Assembly: GCF_035084215.1 (NCBI RefSeq)
Contig: NC_090336.1
Location: 53,754,001 to 53,818,000 of the forward strand
Reading direction: 5' to 3'
Origin: Heptranchias perlo
Taxonomy: Eukaryota
Length of the DNA stretch: 64,000 nucleotides
Position numbers and translations under genes: made by a program. Positions 23,590 through 36,065 of the stretch are shown piece after piece (within the stretch, counting starts at the first letter, position 1; each line of letters begins with the position of its first letter). The notes beneath the pieces were generated by a model. It worked only from the letters and a program-made list of their open reading frames with translations. It ran no database searches and had not been told where the DNA came from.

Positions 23590-24445
23590 TGGAAGAGCCA
23601 CCAGTAAAAACAACTCTAGTAGATAAGACAAATAAACATATTCAGAAGTAGCTAGGAACTTGTACTTTATTAGTTAAAAACTGTCAAACTTTGTGTGAGG
23701 TTGAGGATCGAGAGAAGGAGTTAACTAAGGAAGAAAGGATCAAAGGTGATGGCTGGAAAGCAGGGATGCTGCTTTTTCAGCTTCAGGAGGTGGAAAGGTT
23801 AAAGGATGAACTGCAGGCGGTTCAGACTAAATATAAAATGCTGAAAGATAAAGCACAGAAAGAGGAGGAAGAGCATAGCAAGATGGACTATGAAAATAGA
23901 AAATGTACAGAGATGCTGCAGGGATCAGTGGCATACATGCAAACGCAGGTAGCAACAAAACACGAGGTTACTCAAAGACAGGCAGAGTCAGAGGAACTTA
24001 AATATAAGTTAGAAAAATCAATGGCTAAAACAAATGAATTGACTGCAGCCACTAAAACTATGGCTGATATTACGAGGAAAGCAAAAGAGACGACCCAAAA
24101 GGGGCCTGATCATGATAGATGTAATACAGAGAGAAAAGCTTAAACAACAGGTGAAATCCCACAGTGGGATGGTACATGTCCTAAGTCAGTGTGGTGTAAC
24201 TGAGGAGATGATAGTGGGAACGAAGGTATAGACTGGGATAACCTCACAGAAAGGGCAGAGTATTACTGGAAAGGGGATGATGACCGAGATCATCATCATG
24301 ATTGAGGTCCGGGGGACCCGAAACCCGGAATGACCCCCACATGTGCGGTCAAACGAGAGGTCAGAAGAGTTAGGGTCGAGGGTGAAGCTCAACTACCAGA
24401 GGATGAAGCTGCAGATGTTGAAAACGCTGAAGGGAACGTGACACA
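23590..24445 (+). pseudogene. LTR element ORF1 N-terminal part: coiled-coil / gag remnant
   Basis: E/K/Q-rich helical ORF 23691-24143 (EVERLKDELQAVQTKYKMLKDK..); ORF from 24330 continues in frame at 30405 once the CR1 is removed. Confidence 0.7.
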
Positions 24446-25323
24446 TAAGAACATAAGAAATAGGAGCAGGAGTAGGCCATATGGCCCCTCGAGCCTGCTC
24501 TGCCATTCAATAAGATCATGGCTGATCTTCGACCTCAACTCCACTTTCCTGCTGATTCCCCATATCCCTTTATTCCCCGAGAGTCCATAAATCTATCGAT
24601 CTCATCCTTGAATATACTCAATGACTGAGCATTCACAGCTCTCTGGGGTAGAAAATTCCAAATATTCACAACCCACTGAATGAAGAAATTCTTCCTCATC
24701 TCAGTCCTAAATGTCCGACCCTTATCCTGAAAATAAGTCCCCTGGTTCTAGACTCTCTAGCCAGGGGAAACATCCTCTCAGCATCTGCCCTGTCAAGCCC
24801 TCTTAGAATCTTATATGTTTCAATTAGATCACCTCTCATTCTTCTAAACTCCAGAAAGTATAGGCCCAATCTAGTCAATCTTTCCTCATAGGACAACCCT
24901 CTCACCCCAGGAATCAATCTACTGAATCTTCATTGCACCGCCTCCAAGGCATGTATATCCTTCCTTAGGCAAGGAGCCCGAAATTGTACACAGTAGTCCA
25001 GGTGTGGTCTCACCAAAGCCCTGTACACTTGCAGCAAGACTTCCTTATTCTTGTACTCCAACTCCTTTCCAATAAAGGCCAATATACCATTTGCCTTCCT
25101 AACTGCTTGCTGTACCTGCATGTTAACTTTCTGTGTTGTATGTACAAGATCACTCAAATCGCTCTGAACACCAACATTTCATATTTTCTCACCATTTAAA
25201 AAAATATTCTGTTTTTCTATTTTTCCTACCAAAGTGAATAACCTCACATTTCCCAACATTATATTCCATCTGTCACCTTCTTGCCCACTCACTTAACTTG
25301 TCAATACCCTTTGCAGACTCTTT

Positions 25324-27374
25324 GGGCTCGATTTTAGGGTCGGGTTTCCTGCGGATTTCCAGCAGGGGGGCCCCGAAAGTCCCGATATGAGGTCACGTGA
25401 CCGGATCGCACCGCGATCCCGACCACTTCCGGGTTCCCCGATGACGTGCGGGGCTGCATGCATGGCCCCCGCTGGTGGGAATCCCGCAGGCAATTAAAGC
25501 CAGCGGGGTTCCACTTGAGAGTACTTACCTTGCTTGTTGAGGTCAGTTAATGAGCTGAATCTGCTGTCAAAAGAGGAAGTGTGGGATTTTACCTGCATCG
25601 CAGACTGTTTCACACACTGGGGGAAACAGTCTCTCTCCAACCAGGCGTGTTGCAGCCAGCAGCCTGTGGCAGCTGCCAAGGTGCACTCCACGGGGGCGAG
25701 CCCTCACCCACGCAGGAGGCCACCGCGTCACATAGGGCAACCCCTGCCCCCCACCACCCCCCGCCAAGCCAGAGGACAGACCGACACGAAACCGCAGCCC
25801 CAGTCCGAGGAACCACCCACCTACCCTGCACAACCCCTCAGACCAACACCTGCCAGATGGGTGGTGCGTGGACACCCTCGGAGGACGAACAGCATGACCA
25901 GCACCAGCAGCCTCGCAGTCCACGCGGTCCACCGCAGAGACGTGGAGCCCCCCAACACGGTGTTGTTGCACGCCCACCTGCACAGCAGGAGGGAGGGCTA
26001 CCGCAGAGAGAGACGCATCGCAGAGGGCACTACCCTCGCCACATGGTCCACAAACCGAGGCGAAGCTCCCCGGACCTCTCCGAGCAGCAGTGCACAGGGA
26101 GGCGCAGATTCGCTCGACATGTAGTCGTGGAGATCTGCAGGCTCTTTCATGCCGAGCTGCTCCTGGCTGGCCCCAGCACCAAGTGCTTACCTGTCGCTGC
26201 CAAAGTCACCACTGCCCTCCACAACTTCTCCTCCGCATCCTTCCAGGGTGCAGCCGGCTACACCGCCGATGTCTCTCAGTGGTCTGCGCGGAAGAGCCCT
26301 GCAAATACACCTGCACCTACTCTGCAGTAACACGATGGGTGGCATCAGTGGTGGGTCCTCATAGTGATACCCAGGAGCGGGCATTATTGGACACAACAGA
26401 CAGGATTCGCGGAGACATGGCAGTGGTGGTGCCAATATAATGTGTGCTGTTTGTTGCTCTGAAATTCAATATAGGTAACACCCATGGCAAACCCTCAGAC
26501 ACCCTTGTGCACCCCCTTCATGCTCACAAAACATTTGCCTTACGCTGCCTACTGCACATATGTGATGCATGCCCTGTGGCTGCAGCACAGGTGGTGGCAG
26601 GTTGAGTGAGGCTGGCCGTGAGGGAGATGCACGAGAGGGTGAGTATGGGATAGAGCCATGAGATTGTATGAGGATTGGGTTGCGTGTTAGTGGCAGGATG
26701 AGTACTGGCGAGGTGAGTAGGTGGAGGTAAGATGAGGATGGGGTTTGAGTGGGTATGAGGGGTGATGTGACAGAGTAGTGTTGGCGGTGCCGAAGGAGAT
26801 GTGGGGTTGGGGCAGTGTTGTGGCAGACGGAGTGTAGGGGAAAGACTTCGTGTTCTCACTGTGGCTGACCTACTGAGGTCATTGCAGCGCCTCCTGCACT
26901 GTCTGCAGGTGGGCGATATGTTGGTTGCGCAGGTGACCCCCTCTGCCACCTCGAGCCAGGCCTTCTTGGTGGCAGAGGCTGGCCGCTTCCTCCCGCCCGC
27001 CGGGTGGAAGATCTCTGTCTTCGCCCTCCTCCTCACCCCATCTGATGATACCTGGGGTGAGGCATCATTAAACTGGGAACAGCCTTCCCCCTGGGCTGCT
27101 CCATGCTGAAATTTGTTCCATTGGTTGCAGCATCTGTCAGTGGAGGACTGCCCCTTTAACTAGAGAGCCTCCAGCTGACAGATCGTACTGCGCATGCGCA
27201 GCCCGCCCGACGCGCAGACCAGCAGCGTGGACCCCGGAGGAGCAGGTAATTGATTCCTCTTAGTGTGTTGCCTGCTACGATCGCGCGGGCAACCCACTAA
27301 TTTCACCGAGCGTGTTGACCACGCTCCCGAAACCCAACCCGCCGGAAACCCGCAGGCCTGGTAACATCGAGCCC
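25324..27374. mobile_element. PIF/Harbinger DNA transposon, internally deleted
   Basis: TIR GGGCTCGATKTTA at both ends, 3-bp TSD TTT inside the CR1; transposase N-terminus on + (LPVAAKVTTAL..SASFQ..DVSQ); Myb/SANT-like remnant on - (KKAWLEVA..QCRRRCNDL). Confidence 0.88.
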
Positions 27375-27516
27375 TTTGTGTCTGCCTCACACCTTATTTT
27401 CCCACCTAGCTTTGTATCGTCAGCAAACTTGGATACGTTACACTTGGTCCCTTCATCTAAGTCATTAATATAGATTGTAAATGGCTGAGGCCCAAACATC
27501 GATCCGACCAAAGAAT

Positions 27517-28351
27517 TGTTTTTACGCAATGTATGTATCATGAAATACATTTAGCATGTAACCACACATATTGTACCAATTATAAGCCTGTTTCAGGGAC
27601 TTTTACCGGGGACAGCCACAGATACCCAGTATATTAAAGTGATCAGCAGGGGAGATATATATTGTAGAGACACAGCTCATCCATTGTTTGAGATGACTGG
27701 GAATGGGTGGGCCGCCTTCTCCCAGAAAGATAACAGCCCATCTCCTCTTGATGAGGTTGAGTACCTCGCCATTGTCCCATGTCATTAGCAGCATCAAGCC
27801 TTCTCCTCCTGATGAGGTTGAATGTCTCGCCATTGTCTCAGCAAGTCAAGATCCTTTTGTCAAGCTGGTGAACTACGTTTGCCTCATTTGTCCTGCCTCA
27901 CTATCTGGACTGGGGATGTTAAGTCAGCTCACCACAGGACTTCCTGCTACACCGTGAATAAAGACACAGCTCAAACCAAGGTCCAGCGTAGAGGATCCCT
28001 CCAGGAACAGCAGGCTAGGTTTGTTAAGGCGGACATGCTGGCAGTAGCCCACGACTGGTTGGAAGAAGGAAAGAAGTCTGCAGAAGGCAGGATCGGTGGG
28101 ATCCAAGAGGGTGGGGCCGTGAGGACCGTGAAAAGCGAGAGGCCAAAGCGCGAGCTCTATCCAGAGTGGAAGCAGGTAACATATCTCCAGTTTCCATCCT
28201 GTAAACTGCTACTTAAATACTGCGTGTACTAAACTGTTCTTCGTATTAAAGTACTTGCCACCATAACCAACTGGGGTCGACTCGAATCTTTTGGAACCGG
28301 GAAGTGAGTAGTGGACAAGGGCTCCCGAAGACTATATATATAGTCCCAACA
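27517..28351 (+). mobile_element. Probable solo LTR of a second family, inside the CR1
   Basis: TGTT..AACA ends, ~40-bp direct repeat at 27740 and 27802, ATTAAA near the 3' end; no clean TSD. Confidence 0.5.
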
Positions 28352-29392
28352 AATTATCTTGTGTAACAACCTTTTATGTGGCACCTTATCGAATACCTTT
28401 TGAAAATCCAAATATACACATCCACTGGTTCCACTTTATCTACCCTGCTAGTTACATCCTCAAAAAACTCTAATAAATTGGTCAAACACGATTTCCCTTT
28501 CATAAAACCATGCTGACTCTGCCTAATCATATTATGATTTTCGAGGTGCCGTGTTACCACTTCATTAATAATGGATTCCAGATTTTTTTGTGACGACCGA
28601 TGTCAGGCTAACTGGACTTCAGTTCCCTGTTTACTCTCTTCCTCCTTTCTTGAATATTTGCTACCTTCCAATCCATTGGGACCGTTCTTGAATCTAGGGA
28701 ATTTTGAAAGATCACAACCAATGCATCCACTATCTCTGCAGCCACCTCTTTTAGAACCCTAAGATGTAGGTCATCAGGTCTGGGGGATTTGTTGGCTTTT
28801 AATCCCTTTAATTTCTCCAGTACTTTTTCTTTACTAACATTAATTACTTTTAGTTTATCACTCGCATTAGACCCTTGGTTCCCCAATATTATTGGTATCC
28901 TTTTTGTGTCTTCTACTGTGACAACAGATACAAAATATTTGTTTAACGTCTCTGCCATTTCCTTATTCCCCATTATGATTTCTCTTGTCTCAGCCTCTAA
29001 GGGGCCCACGTTTACTTTCGCTACTCTCTTCCTTTTTACATACTTGTAGAAGCTCTTACAATCTGTTTTTATATTTCTTGATAGTTTATTCTCATTCTAT
29101 TTTCTCCCTTTTCATCAATTTTTTGGTCATCCTTCGCTGGTTTCTAAAACTCTCCCAATCCTCAGGCTTACCACACTTCTTGGCAACATTATAAGCCTCT
29201 TCTTTTAATCTAATACTATCCTTAACTTCTTTAGTTAGCCACTTTTCCCATGGAGTTTTTATTTCTCAATGGAATGTACGTTCGTTGACTATTTTGAAAT
29301 TTTTTTTTAATGTTTGCCATTGCTTATCTACCGTCATACCTTTTGATCTAATTTCCCAATCTACCTGAGCCAACTCGCCCCTCATACCTATG

Positions 29393-29493
29393 TAACTAGG
29401 ATTGTAGATAAGGCTTTTATGGGGATGGGGGAGGGATCAGGTGTGGGGAAATTTAGAAATCTGAAGAGAAAAGTCAAAGCATTACAGCAGTGT
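29393..29493. repeat. Exact 101-bp inverted copy of 30274-30374
   Basis: Base-by-base reverse complement. Confidence 0.95.
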
Positions 29494-30404
29494 TCATTTA
29501 AGTTTAAGATTCTAGTTTCGGACTTAAGTATGTCACTCTTGAACTCAATGTGAAATTCTATTATATTATGATCACTCTTCCCCAGAGGATCCTTTACCAT
29601 GAGATTACTAATTTACCCTGTCTCATTACTCAAGACAAGATCTAAAATAGCTTGTTCCCTGGTTGGTTCCACAATGCATTGTTCTAGGAAACTGTCTTGA
29701 ATGCATTCCAAGAACTCATCCTCCAAATTACCTTTGCCAATTTGATTTGTCCAGTCGATATGAAGACTGAAGTCCCCCACGATTATCGCATTACCTTTGT
29801 TACAAGCTCCTATTATTTCTTGATTAATGCTCTAATAGTATAGCTACTGTTAGGGGGCATATAAATTACTCCCACCAGTGTTTTCTGCCCCTTGTTATTT
29901 CTCCACCCATACTGATTCTACTTCCTGATCTCCCGAGCCAAGATCCTTTCCCACTACTGTCCTTATGTCATTCTTTATTATCAGGGCTACCCCCCTCCTT
30001 TTTCAATTTGTCTGTCTTTTCCAAACATTAAGTATCCTGGAATATTTAGTTCCCAACCTTGGTCACCTTGCAACCACGTCCCGGTAATGGCTACTAGATC
30101 AAACCCATTTATCTCTATTCGTCTATCTTGTTACAAATGCTTCGTACATTCAGATAAAGCGCTTTTAATTTTTTTACCCTTTTTCCCTGCTTTGACGTTA
30201 TTCGCTGATGCTCCATTACCATTAAACTCTCTGTCCCTTCCTGTCACCCTCTGTTTATCTTACCCAAATCGTTACACTGCTGTAATGCTTTGACTTTTCT
30301 CTTCAGATTTCTAAATTTCCCCACACCTGATCCCTCCCCCATCCCCATAAAAGCCTTATCTACAATCCTAGTTATTCGATTCACCAGGACACTGGTCCCA
30401 GCCC

Positions 30405-30870
30405 TGACACAGACTATCGAGATCCCCTATACGAGTATGCAATTACAGGAATTAGTGAAAACTATTCCTAACATAAAAGTCAGAGAAGACCCAGTAGCTT
30501 CAATAGCAGGAATAGATCAAACTGCTGAATTGAACGACTGTGACGACAGAGAGAAGGAGCGAATGGTACTATGTGCCTGTATCCCCAATGTATTCAAGTG
30601 TCTGCCAGCAGGGATACGAGAAGGCAGGCAGAAATAGGCGGATACTGTAGCTGCAGTCTGGAAAGCAGTGGGGATAGGAGGTAGTGGAGGTCAGGCTGCC
30701 TTGCAAGCTTTGATGAATTGTAAGCAAGAGAAAGATGGAGGGACCTTCACCACACCAGGCTTGGGTGAGGACACAGACTGTGAGTTTGAAACTTTGAGTT
30801 CGTGCAGAATGGGGTTAAGTCACAAACATCAGAAATTGAAATACGGTTTAAGTAGAAAAGGGTAGTCTAT
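30405..30870 (+). pseudogene. gag capsid-like remnant
   Basis: TQTIEIPYTSMQLQELVKTIP..ELNDCDDRE..ALQALMNCKQEKD; position between the coiled coil and integrase. Confidence 0.6.
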
Positions 30871-30964
30871 GGTGGAATCAAGGAGAAAAGGAGAGTGTTA
30901 CAAACAACACAATGTGTTCTTTTGTTTTCAGTGTACTGTCTCTTTAAAATGCCTATCCTAATTG

Positions 30965-31172
30965 CCATGATGTGGAGATGCCGGTGATGGACTGGGGTTG
31001 ACAATTGTAAACAATTTTACAACACCAAGTTATAGTCCAACAATTTTATTTTTAATCCCACAAGCTTTCGGAGGCTCCACACCACCTGAGGAAGGGGGAA
31101 GCCTCCGAAAGCTTGTGGGATTAAAAATAAAATTGTTGGACTATAACTTGGTGTTGTAAAATTGTTTACAAT
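30965..31172 (-). mobile_element. Short fold-back Penelope-like element
   Basis: Perfect ~73-bp inverted arms around CTGAGGAAGGGGGAAGCCTCCGAAAGCTT; TSD TATCCTAATTG at 30954-30964 and 31173-31183; same family as 879-1052. Confidence 0.75.
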
Positions 31173-32102
31173 TATCCTAATTGTGCGTGCTTTCTTTTCG
31201 CTGTTGCGGGCTACACCCCTTTTTAATGCTTGTTATGTGTTTTTCTCTTTTGCGTTGAGTAATGATGAGCATGAATTGATGTCTTAAAATTTTGACATTG
31301 GAGGTTATTCTATTCGTTTAATGATATTGGTTGTATTGGAAAGTGATGGCTGTTGGCAAACTGACAGCATAACTTTTGATCCTGTGATCAGAAAAAAAGC
31401 GACCGACAAAAAGGAAAAGAATGAATAAGACAACAATCTGGAGATGTCTTGTGATTGTACTATCATAGAATCATAGAATGGTTACAGCACAGAAGGAGGC
31501 CACTTAGCCCATCGAGTCCGCACCTTATGCAAGAACAATCCAGCTCATCCCACTCCCCTGCCCTTTCCCCATACCTAAATACTAAATACTTTAAATTGAG
31601 ATTTCATTGTAGGGAAAAAGATAAAATGCAGCTTTAAAGAATTACAAGTTACAGCTGCAGGCTGGTCTCTGGTTATAAATTAATTTGAACTTCTTCGAAG
31701 CACTTTGTGCTATTGTGATTGACTCCTCCCCCACTCTCTTAAGGTTTTGACAAACAAGAAGTAATTAACCCTTACTTCTGTATTGTTGAAGTATTTGGAC
31801 AGTACTAGTTTTTTTTTAAGAAGTTGGCCTGACAACTTTTGAGCTTCCAGCATTTCAATCTCAAGTCACAGTTTTCTGAAGTGGAAAGAGCAGTTACTAA
31901 ACAAACAGTTTTATTGTTTCACCCCCTTCCTTCATGGGTGCATGGTGAGGATCCTTGGATTAAATCAGGTGAGGCAGCGCCCTCCCTGGACCTCAACACG
32001 AGAGTGTGACCATGGACAGGTTTACTCAAGTACCGCCCTACCAATTGGCCACAATAATAAGTGCCGCCACAAGTTTGGTCCTGATGTAAAGGGTCTTGAA
32101 GT

Positions 32103-32262
32103 GGGGACAAGGTGATGGTGAAACTGAACAATGTCACAGGAAAGTGGGCAAAGAGATTTGAAGAACCCTTCTCGACGATAGACAAATTGAATAATAATAT
32201 GTACAAAATTCAGACTGATAAAAAGCATAGGTAGGTACATATTAACCAGATAAAGAAGTGGC
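32103..32262 (+). pseudogene. Integrase C-terminal (GPY/F-type) remnant
   Basis: GDKVMVKLNNVTGKWAKRFEEPFSTIDKLNNNMYKIQTDKKHR*VHINQIKKW. Confidence 0.75.
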
Positions 32263-33489
32263 AGGGACATCGAAATGGTACATGCCATCATTCCTATAAT
32301 CCTTTTATGGTTTATGGACAATGACAATATGCAAGAATGAGGAGGACGAGACCGCCTCCACCGACTCCAGAAGGACATTTCCAGGCTATGAGCCTTTAAT
32401 AACATGGGATGGGGAGTGGAAGCTCGAACATTCTGAACCCTCCTTATCTGAGGGAATAAATGAAATCAATCAAAGACAGAAAGAGAAAGACTTAGAGTTG
32501 GCAATTCCAAAGTCAGCCGTCCTAGGTATATCTGAGAGTGGGAGAGACACGGTTAATTTCAGACAGGCTGCAAGCTCCAGAGAGAGAGAGAGAGAGAGGA
32601 CAGAGAAGCTCGGCCGTCTCTCGTGTTTGTTTTTCTGGATTTGTTTCTGTTAAAGGGATTATTCTTTAAAAAAATGAATTGACGAATTACCCCTTAGGCT
32701 CTCAAGAAGAGCTACAATAATGGATTTTTGTTTTTCTTTCCTTTTAAAGCAGGAGACTGGTTTTCAGGACTCGTATGAATGTTGATGGTGCAGGATTACC
32801 AAGAGTAGTTCTTTGACATAAAAGTGGCTTCACAAAGTTACGGAGCAATCTAGTGGTGTGAAGAATTTAAGACCTTAACTGCAGACATCGGCAGATATCA
32901 AATGTCACAACATAGTGACGTTTTGGACTAAGACTTGGATTTCGAACATTCAAAATTACTAGAGAAGGAAAAGAAATCATCAGCCTTGAGCCAAGCTGCT
33001 ATTCCTCTTTTGAAAACACTTGGAGTTGTTTTGCTTTAACCTCTTTGTTTTCTGAGACCAAGTGCTTAAAGGTGGGGAAGGTATATCCAAAAGTAATTAC
33101 AAGCACTTCTGTCTCTACTGTAAAACCACAAAGCCTGGACATAATTTGTTTATGAAATTGATATGATAAATTGATATAAGTTGCTATTCAAGCACTCGAG
33201 TGGGGAAAATTTACCTGTAATTTAAAGGGATAATCAAATTATATTTTAAAATAAAAAAAAGTCCAGTCTAAATGGTTCCTATCCAATGCTGTGTATCAAG
33301 GAATAAAATTGTACATCGACAAGTCCTGTCAGTGCAACAATATTGTTTTTTAATTGGGATAATGAAAAGCAGTTCAAGAAGTTAAGTAAAATAAACAAAA
33401 AATGTTTTGATTTTGGACTCGACTGTAAATATTGTATTGGACAGTAAAGTTCCTCCAGGGTTCATGAATGGTAATATAATGGGATGGGT

Positions 33490-34158
33490 AAAAGTCAACA
33501 TACAGGTGCAGCAGGTAATCCAGAAGGCAAACGGAATATTGGCCTTTATTTCTAGGGGGATGGAGTATAAAAGCAGGGAAGTCATGCTGCAACTGTACAG
33601 GGTGCTGCTGAGACCACACCTGGAGTACTGCGTACAGTTCTGGTGCCCTTATTTAAGGAAGGACATACTTGCATGGGAGGCAGTTCAGAGAAGGTTCACT
33701 CGGTTGGAAGGGTTGTCTTTTGAGGAAAGACTGAACAGGTTGAGTCTATACTCATTGGAGTTTAGAAGAATGAGAGGAGGTCTTATTGAAACATACAAGA
33801 TTCTGAAGGGACTCGATAGGTTAGATGCTGAGAGGATGTTACCCCTCATGGGGGAATCTAAAACTGGGGGGCATAGTCTCAGAATAAGGGGTCGTTTAAG
33901 ATGGAAATGAGGAGGAATTTCTTCTCCCAGAGGGTCGAGAATCTTTGGAATTCTTTACCCCGAAAAGCTGTGGAGGCTGAGTCATTGACTACATTCAAGG
34001 CTGAGTTAGACAAATTTTTGATCAGCAAGGGAGTCAAAGGATATGGGGAAAAGGCAGGGAAGTGGAGTTGAGGTAAAAATCAGATCAGCCATGATCTCAT
34101 TGAATGGCGGAGCAGGCTCGAGGGGCAGAATGGCCTATTTCTGCTCCTATCTCTCATG
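33490..34158 (+). mobile_element. CR1 LINE, 5'-truncated, inside the LTR element
   Basis: KANGILAFI..RPHLEYCVQFW..LIETYKI and 3' tail. Confidence 0.9.
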
Positions 34159-34578
34159 GATGAGAGGAAGTGGTTGAGGATATAAGATAGAAACAAGGAA
34201 ATTACACCACCAAATGGGAATTTTTCTAAGGTCATTGCCCCAGATGGTTATGGGTGAATTTCAGGAACCAAACCAAAAGGATTAGGGAAAGATATATGAG
34301 TGCATCCATGAGTAACATAAATCCCTGGGCATGATTTACCAAAGATGTCAATCTGGTATAAATGTACAATCTAGTGAAAGTCAGGAAAGAGTAGTTGAGA
34401 ATAGTTAATTGATAACATTCTCTTGGAGATGTTTGTGTCCATGCCTATAATGAACAATGAAAAAAACTGCATTTGATAGCCTGGCCACGACCTGAGACAT
34501 CAGGACCAAGCAGGGGAAGATAAGCAAAGACCTCCAGACACCCCCGATCTTTTGATATCATAACCTGAAAGCCTAAGA

Positions 34579-34835
34579 ATGGCTACAGTGGACATGAAAG
34601 ATACAAATGTATGTCGCCATTGGAAACGGAGACCAGGATGAAGGACGTGATTACAAAGGCCTACAGCCTGGTGAGCTATTGGAACCACTCTTCCAACAGA
34701 GCAGTTGCTCTTACAGGATTGAATCTTACTGGACATATGAAGTGTGCCATGGAAAACACATTCACCAGTACTTTGAGGAAGAAGAAACTGGCCAGCAGAA
34801 AGTTAATATTCAAGAACATTACCTGTGATATGTTG
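34579..34835 (+). pseudogene. ERLEC1: Intron-less ERLEC1 (XTP3-B) coding fragment, first MRH domain region
   Basis: [64 protein letters not shown] matches recalled vertebrate ERLEC1 [45 protein letters not shown]; frameshifts at the 5' part. Confidence 0.88.
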
Positions 34836-35773
34836 CGTGTGAGGCAACTAGCATGCAGAAGTGCTTGATGAAGATGCACTGAAGAATGGGTCTCAGACAC
34901 GCTCAGTTACTTGACAACAGCATGACATGAAAAGGTTAATGTGGCCCAGGAGAGTGAGAAATCCTTTTATGCAAGGCACTGACACACACTCCACAGAGAA
35001 ACCGACTAATTAATGAAACAATCAGGAAACACTGGTACCAACCAGAGGGATTGAAATTGTAGTAAAGAGGGACATAGTAATTTGGATTTCCAAAATTTAG
35101 GGTTAGGTTCCTTTGAGTTAACTATGAAACTGACTGAAATAATACTTAGAAAATATCCACAAGATGGAAATCAGTAAAAGGAGAGCTGGAGAATCTTTTA
35201 AGTCTATGATTTCTTGGTATTATGATATACGTTAGGTTTCAGTATTAACCAAATGAAACTTAGGAGCAATATGTATATGTCTATGTGTGTTTATGTAAAC
35301 ATAATGTTAATAAAATTTAACTCAAGGTGATCTTAGACAAGACCAAGAAGAAAGTTATGGGGTAAGGTGAAAATTGACCCAGAGTGGTTTCATTCAGGTT
35401 GGAGATGTAGGAATATGGTTTAAACTCAACATAGTAAATTATCCCATCCCATGTAGCGTCTGGACATTTAGCAAGAGGGTGGTGCTGGTGGAGACAAGGA
35501 TGCTGTTCAAGAGTCAACACGGGGGTGAGATAATTTACAGCTAGGAAAGAAGACCAGAGATGCGTACGTGCAGCCCCAACAGCTGAATATTATAAAGATA
35601 GGACACTTTGCACCCAAAAGTAGGAGCTCTTGGGACAGTCAGAAGTCCACAGCCCACTTAGATCAGAAGACCAAATGGGTCCGATAGGCATGTGATGCTG
35701 ACAAGATGAAAACATTAGATAAGGCCATGTGAGGTCACCAGGGGCTGTTGGAGATTAAGATTCAAAGACTGAA

Positions 35774-35968
35774 ATGAAACAACACTTTGCTGACATTGGA
35801 AAGAAAACATCTACCCTTTCAAATCATGCGTGGTGGGAAACTATATATAATGACAGACAACATCCTTGGGCTAGAATTCTCTCTCAGGTTTTAATCCTTG
35901 CTCAGTTTGTTTTTACTGTAATTGCTATCATAATGCTTCATTTAGTATTCTCAATGTATAAAAGCTGA
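35774..35968 (+). pseudogene. Envelope-like C-terminus (Trp-rich segment + transmembrane helix)
   Basis: HAWWETIYNDRQHPWARILSQVLILAQFVFTVIAIIMLHLVF, ~100 bp before the PPT and 3' LTR. Confidence 0.6.
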
Positions 35969-36053
35969 ACAGGCAAATGGATGTAGTGCGCTACCAAGCC
36001 GTGAGCTAAAGATGGGACAGGAGTATGAGCCTAAAGATTTTTCCTGTAGGCTC

Positions 36054-36065
36054 AGAGGAAGGGAA
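36054..36065 (+). promoter_or_regulatory. Polypurine tract
   Basis: AGAGGAAGGGAA directly abutting the TG of the 3' LTR. Confidence 0.85.

Larger units (their letters stand above)
24446..30404 (-). mobile_element. CR1 LINE inserted in gag (itself interrupted)
   Basis: ACATAAGA-type tail at the left end, RT and APE remnants on the minus strand; TSD TGACACA at 24439-24445 and 30405-30411. Confidence 0.92.

Noticed and set aside
34607-34828. Functional ERLEC1 exon
   Set aside because: No splice sites, frameshifts and a stop, embedded in a provirus, and no other ERLEC1 exons nearby.
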